A program made the translations under genes and the position numbers. Below the pieces are notes generated by a model. It was given only the letters and a program-made list of their open reading frames with translations. It did no database searches and was not told the origin of the DNA. Positions 38,343 through 40,894 of a DNA stretch of 40,894 bases are shown here, one piece after another. The stretch lies in contig BTVJ01000065.1 in the NCBI GenBank assembly GCA_045863395.1, positions 1-40,894 on the forward strand, in the 5' to 3' direction. The stretch is from Myxococcales bacterium (lineage in GTDB: Bacteria > Myxococcota_A > UBA9042 > JABWCM01 > BTVJ01). Within the stretch, counting starts at the first letter, position 1. Each line of letters starts with the position of its first letter.

Positions 38343-39341
38343 TCACGGCAGGCGCGCGAGGAGGCCGTCGAGGACCTCGCGCACCAGCTCCGCCGGCCGC
38401 GCCTTCTCCACGGTGGCCCCGCAGGCGTGGGCGTGGCCCCCACCACCGAAGCGCCGCGCCACCTCCACCACCTCCACCGCCAGCTTGGACCGCAGAGAGA
38501 TGCGCACCGTCGCCCTCCCCTGTCCCTCCACCTGGAAGGTGGCCGCAATGAGGGCGCCGTCGACGCCCAGGAGGTGGGCGATGACCTCCCGGTAGGCCTC
38601 CCGGTCCACCGTCAGGCCGTGGGTCAGGTGCTTGTCGATCATCACCCACCCGAGGCGCCCGCCGGCCTCCCAGGTCGCCGCCTCGGTGGCCCGCGCCACC
38701 AGGCGCGCATGGTCCCGCGGCCGCGCCCCCCACAGCGCCTCCTGGATGGCCGCCGCGTCCGCCCCCCGATCGATGAGCTCGGCCGCGACGCGCAGGGTCT
38801 CCGACTGATTGCGCAGCCACCGGAACGAGCCCGTGTCATAGGAGATGGCCGTGTAGAGGGCCGACGCCGCGACCGGGTCGACCGCACCGCCCAGCCACCA
38901 GATGAGGCGCCACCCCAGCTCCCCGCACGATGACACGTCCGGGTCGATGATCCCGCCCACGCCGCGGGCGTCCTCCAGGTGGTGGTCGAGGGCGATGACC
39001 TTGTGCACGCGGGCCCGCAGCGCCTGCTCCATGTCCCCCGTGCGCTCGATGTCGGCCACGTCCACGAGGACGATGAGATCGGCGGCGTCCAGGGCGGCAA
39101 GCGCGTCCGGCACCTCGCGCCAGCGGGTGATGGAGCGCTCCGGATCGAGGAAGTGGAGGCGAGCCGGCAGCGCATCCCCGTTGATGATGCGCGCGTCCAC
39201 CCCCTGAGCGCGGAGCGCGCGTGCCAGCGCCACCTGGGTGCCTAGCCCGTCGGCGTCAGGTCCCTTGTGCGTGGTCAGGACGACGCGCCCCGCCGCGCGC
39301 AGGCGCTCCACCTGAGCGGAGTCGACCCCCTTCTTGAGCAT
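38343..39341 (-). CDS. nrnA: DHH/DHHA1 phosphoesterase (nanoRNase/pAp phosphatase)
   Basis: THKGPDAD, LVD, LDHH, YDTGSF, ISLRS and GGGGH motifs; TGATG coupling to folE. Confidence 0.88.
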   Translation of the reverse strand: MLKKGVDSAQVERLRAAGRVVLTTHKGPDADGLGTQVALARALRAQGVDARIINGDALPARLHFLDPERSITRWREVPDALAALDAADLIVLVDVADIERTGDMEQALRARVHKVIALDHHLEDARGVGGIIDPDVSSCGELGWRLIWWLGGAVDPVAASALYTAISYDTGSFRWLRNQSETLRVAAELIDRGADAAAIQEALWGARPRDHARLVARATEAATWEAGGRLGWVMIDKHLTHGLTVDREAYREVIAHLLGVDGALIAATFQVEGQGRATVRISLRSKLAVEVVEVARRFGGGGHAHACGATVEKARPAELVREVLDGLLARLP

Positions 39342-39901
39342 CAGAGGCCGAGCCGCGTCGTGTGGCGGATGAGGCTGAAGAACTCGGCGCGCGTGGCTGG
39401 ATTCTCGTTGAAGACGCCGAGCATGGAGCTGGTGATGGTGCTGCTGTTCTGCTTCTCTACCCCGCGCATCACCATGCACAGGTGGGTGCCCTCCAGGACC
39501 ACCGCCACGCCCTGGGGCTGGAGCACGTCGTGGAGGGTGCGCGCGATCTGCACGGTCAGCCGCTCCTGCACCTGGAGCCGGCGGGAGAACACCTCGACCA
39601 CGCGCGCCAGCTTGGAGAGCCCGACGATTCGCCCGTTGGGGATGTAGGCCACGTGGGCCTTGCCGAAGAACGGCAGCATGTGGTGCTCGCAGAGGCTGAA
39701 GAAGTCCACGTCCTTGCAGACCACCATCTCGTTGTGGTCCTCCTCGAAGATGGCCCCGTTGATCACCTCGTGCACGTCCTCCTGGTAGCCCTTCGTCAGG
39801 AAGCGCATGGCCTTGGCGACCCGCTCCGGCGTCTTCTTCAGCCCGTCCCGCTCCGGGTCCTCCCCCAGGGCGGCCAACAACCTCGTGATCAGCTCTTCCA
39901 T
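39341..39901 (-). CDS. folE: GTP cyclohydrolase I
   Basis: [31 protein letters not shown] and HLCMVMRG motifs. Confidence 0.97.
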   Translation of the reverse strand: MEELITRLLAALGEDPERDGLKKTPERVAKAMRFLTKGYQEDVHEVINGAIFEEDHNEMVVCKDVDFFSLCEHHMLPFFGKAHVAYIPNGRIVGLSKLARVVEVFSRRLQVQERLTVQIARTLHDVLQPQGVAVVLEGTHLCMVMRGVEKQNSSTITSSMLGVFNENPATRAEFFSLIRHTTRLGL

Positions 39902-40012
39902 GTCGCCTCCGACGCAGGGACTCGCGCCCTGCAGTGGGGCGCGATGCTACGCCCGGCCCGAGCGCTTGTCACCACGGGGGCACCGTGTCGCGACGCAACC
40001 TATCGAAATCGC

Positions 40013-40369
40013 TTACTTGTTGTCGGCGAGCACCGCGCCGATGATCCCGTAGAGGCACTCAAGGTCGGTCGCGCCATCGGCGGAGAGGGCGCGGCCGTCG
40101 TCCTGGACGACCACGATGCGGACACGGCCCGGGTCGTCCAGCGGCGTCTCCGGGTGGCGCCAGCCGCGCTCGGCGAGCCAGCGGCGACAGTCCACCCACC
40201 CCGGCAGCCAGGTGTGACGCGAGGCCACGTGCCCCACCTCTCCGTGGCCGCGCACGAAGGCCACGAAGCCGTGGTCCGTGACGTACCAGTCCCCGAGCCG
40301 CGGCTTCCACACCAGGCCCGCCGCGCGCAGGGCGCGGGCGCGCGCAATCTCTGCCCGGGAGTAGCGCAT
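40013..40369 (-). CDS. Hypothetical protein (118 aa)
   Basis: MRYSRAEIARARALRAAGLVWKPRLGDWY...WLP...CRRWL; globular composition and high-GC3 codons. Confidence 0.65.
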   Translation of the reverse strand: MRYSRAEIARARALRAAGLVWKPRLGDWYVTDHGFVAFVRGHGEVGHVASRHTWLPGWVDCRRWLAERGWRHPETPLDDPGRVRIVVVQDDGRALSADGATDLECLYGIIGAVLADNK

Positions 40370-40421
40370 GGGCCTGTGTACCACCAGGCACCGCGGTGGG
40401 GCAACCGGGGGGTGATCGGCG

Positions 40422-40477
40422 TTGACGCGGCGGGAGGGTGGATCTATGATGCCCCGCGGCTGTGACGCGCCGCGTCA
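40422..40477 (+). promoter_or_regulatory. Sigma70 promoter with downstream palindrome
   Basis: TTGACG(40422)-N17-TATGAT(40445-40450), then TGACGCG-C-CGCGTCA at 40463-40477 and an AAGGAGG RBS. Confidence 0.6.
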
Positions 40478-40499
40478 TTCACCAGCGAAGGAGGCCGTC

Positions 40500-40894
40500 A
40501 TGCGGTGGAACAAGGTCGTCGAGGCGGGCAGGAAGGTCGTGGAGGCAGGCGTCGAGCGAGCGCTGGTCGCCGCCAACGCCGCGGAGCAGGTGGGGCGGCG
40601 CGCGGCCCGCGGCTACAACTGCCTGGCGGAGCGCGCCCCCTTCCCCCTGCCACGCATCCCGCTGGGTGGGGAGCGCCACGAGGAGGAGATCTCCCCACCG
40701 TCCCCCCCGGCGCCGCACCCCAACCCGGTGGTGACCACCACGTCGCTGATGGACGAGCCTGCGCTCAGGGTAGCCGCCGCGGAGGTCCCGGCCACGCCGG
40801 TCACACGGACAGCGGCTTCCAAGGCGCCGAAGGCCGCTCCCAAGGCGCCGAAGGCCGCTCCCAAGGCGCCGAAGGCCGCTCCCAAGGCGCCGAA
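40500..40894 (+). CDS. Partial protein with histone-H1-like KAPKAAP repeats (runs off the window)
   Basis: Not in the ORF track; translated by hand: MRWNKVVEAGRKVVEAGVERAL...AASKAPKAAPKAPKAAPKAPKAAPKAP; strong RBS. Confidence 0.75.
   Translation, partial: MRWNKVVEAGRKVVEAGVERALVAANAAEQVGRRAARGYNCLAERAPFPLPRIPLGGERHEEEISPPSPPAPHPNPVVTTTSLMDEPALRVAAAEVPATPVTRTAASKAPKAAPKAPKAAPKAPKAAPKAP
40819..40894 (+). repeat. 21-bp tandem repeat CCAAGGCGCCGAAGGCCGCTC
   Basis: About 3.6 perfect copies up to the window end. Confidence 0.95.

Noticed and set aside
40819..40894. Possible CRISPR array
   Set aside because: Head-to-tail 21-bp repeats with no spacers, in frame within a CDS; no cas genes.

Overview
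High-GC bacterial chromosomal segment, most consistent with Myxococcota or a related deltaproteobacterial lineage (GltG/AgmX-type TonB-like C-terminal domain with Gly-rich linker, myxobacterial-type SspB, TVGSL encapsulin-targeting tail). The lineage is inferred from gene content only. The left edge has a partial IS1595-family transposase and a decayed HTH/nucleotidyltransferase region. About 30 genes follow. Routine genes: class I fumarase, hybrid PAS/GAF kinase, PBP transpeptidase, GT2 mannosyltransferase, M49 peptidase, acyl-CoA carboxylase beta subunit, USP, NCS1, NrnA and FolE. Best candidates for new biology: (1) a translationally coupled operon of a low-complexity lipoprotein ending in GWQPTK, a cytoplasmic ferritin-like diiron enzyme and a lipid-anchored two-domain laccase, which may be a copper-linked RiPP-like system; (2) a porin-cytochrome cluster of a CX4CH di-heme lipoprotein, a beta-barrel and a 13-heme cytochrome; (3) a squalene-epoxidase-like gene divergent from an HpnN/BstA-like RND transporter with a perfect operator-like palindrome between them. 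Also notable: an orphan encapsulin ferritin cargo, an ERp18/AGR-like thioredoxin and an acyl-CoA ligase homologue lacking catalytic residues. No rRNA, tRNA or CRISPR array was seen. All calls come from reading motifs by eye; no database search was run.
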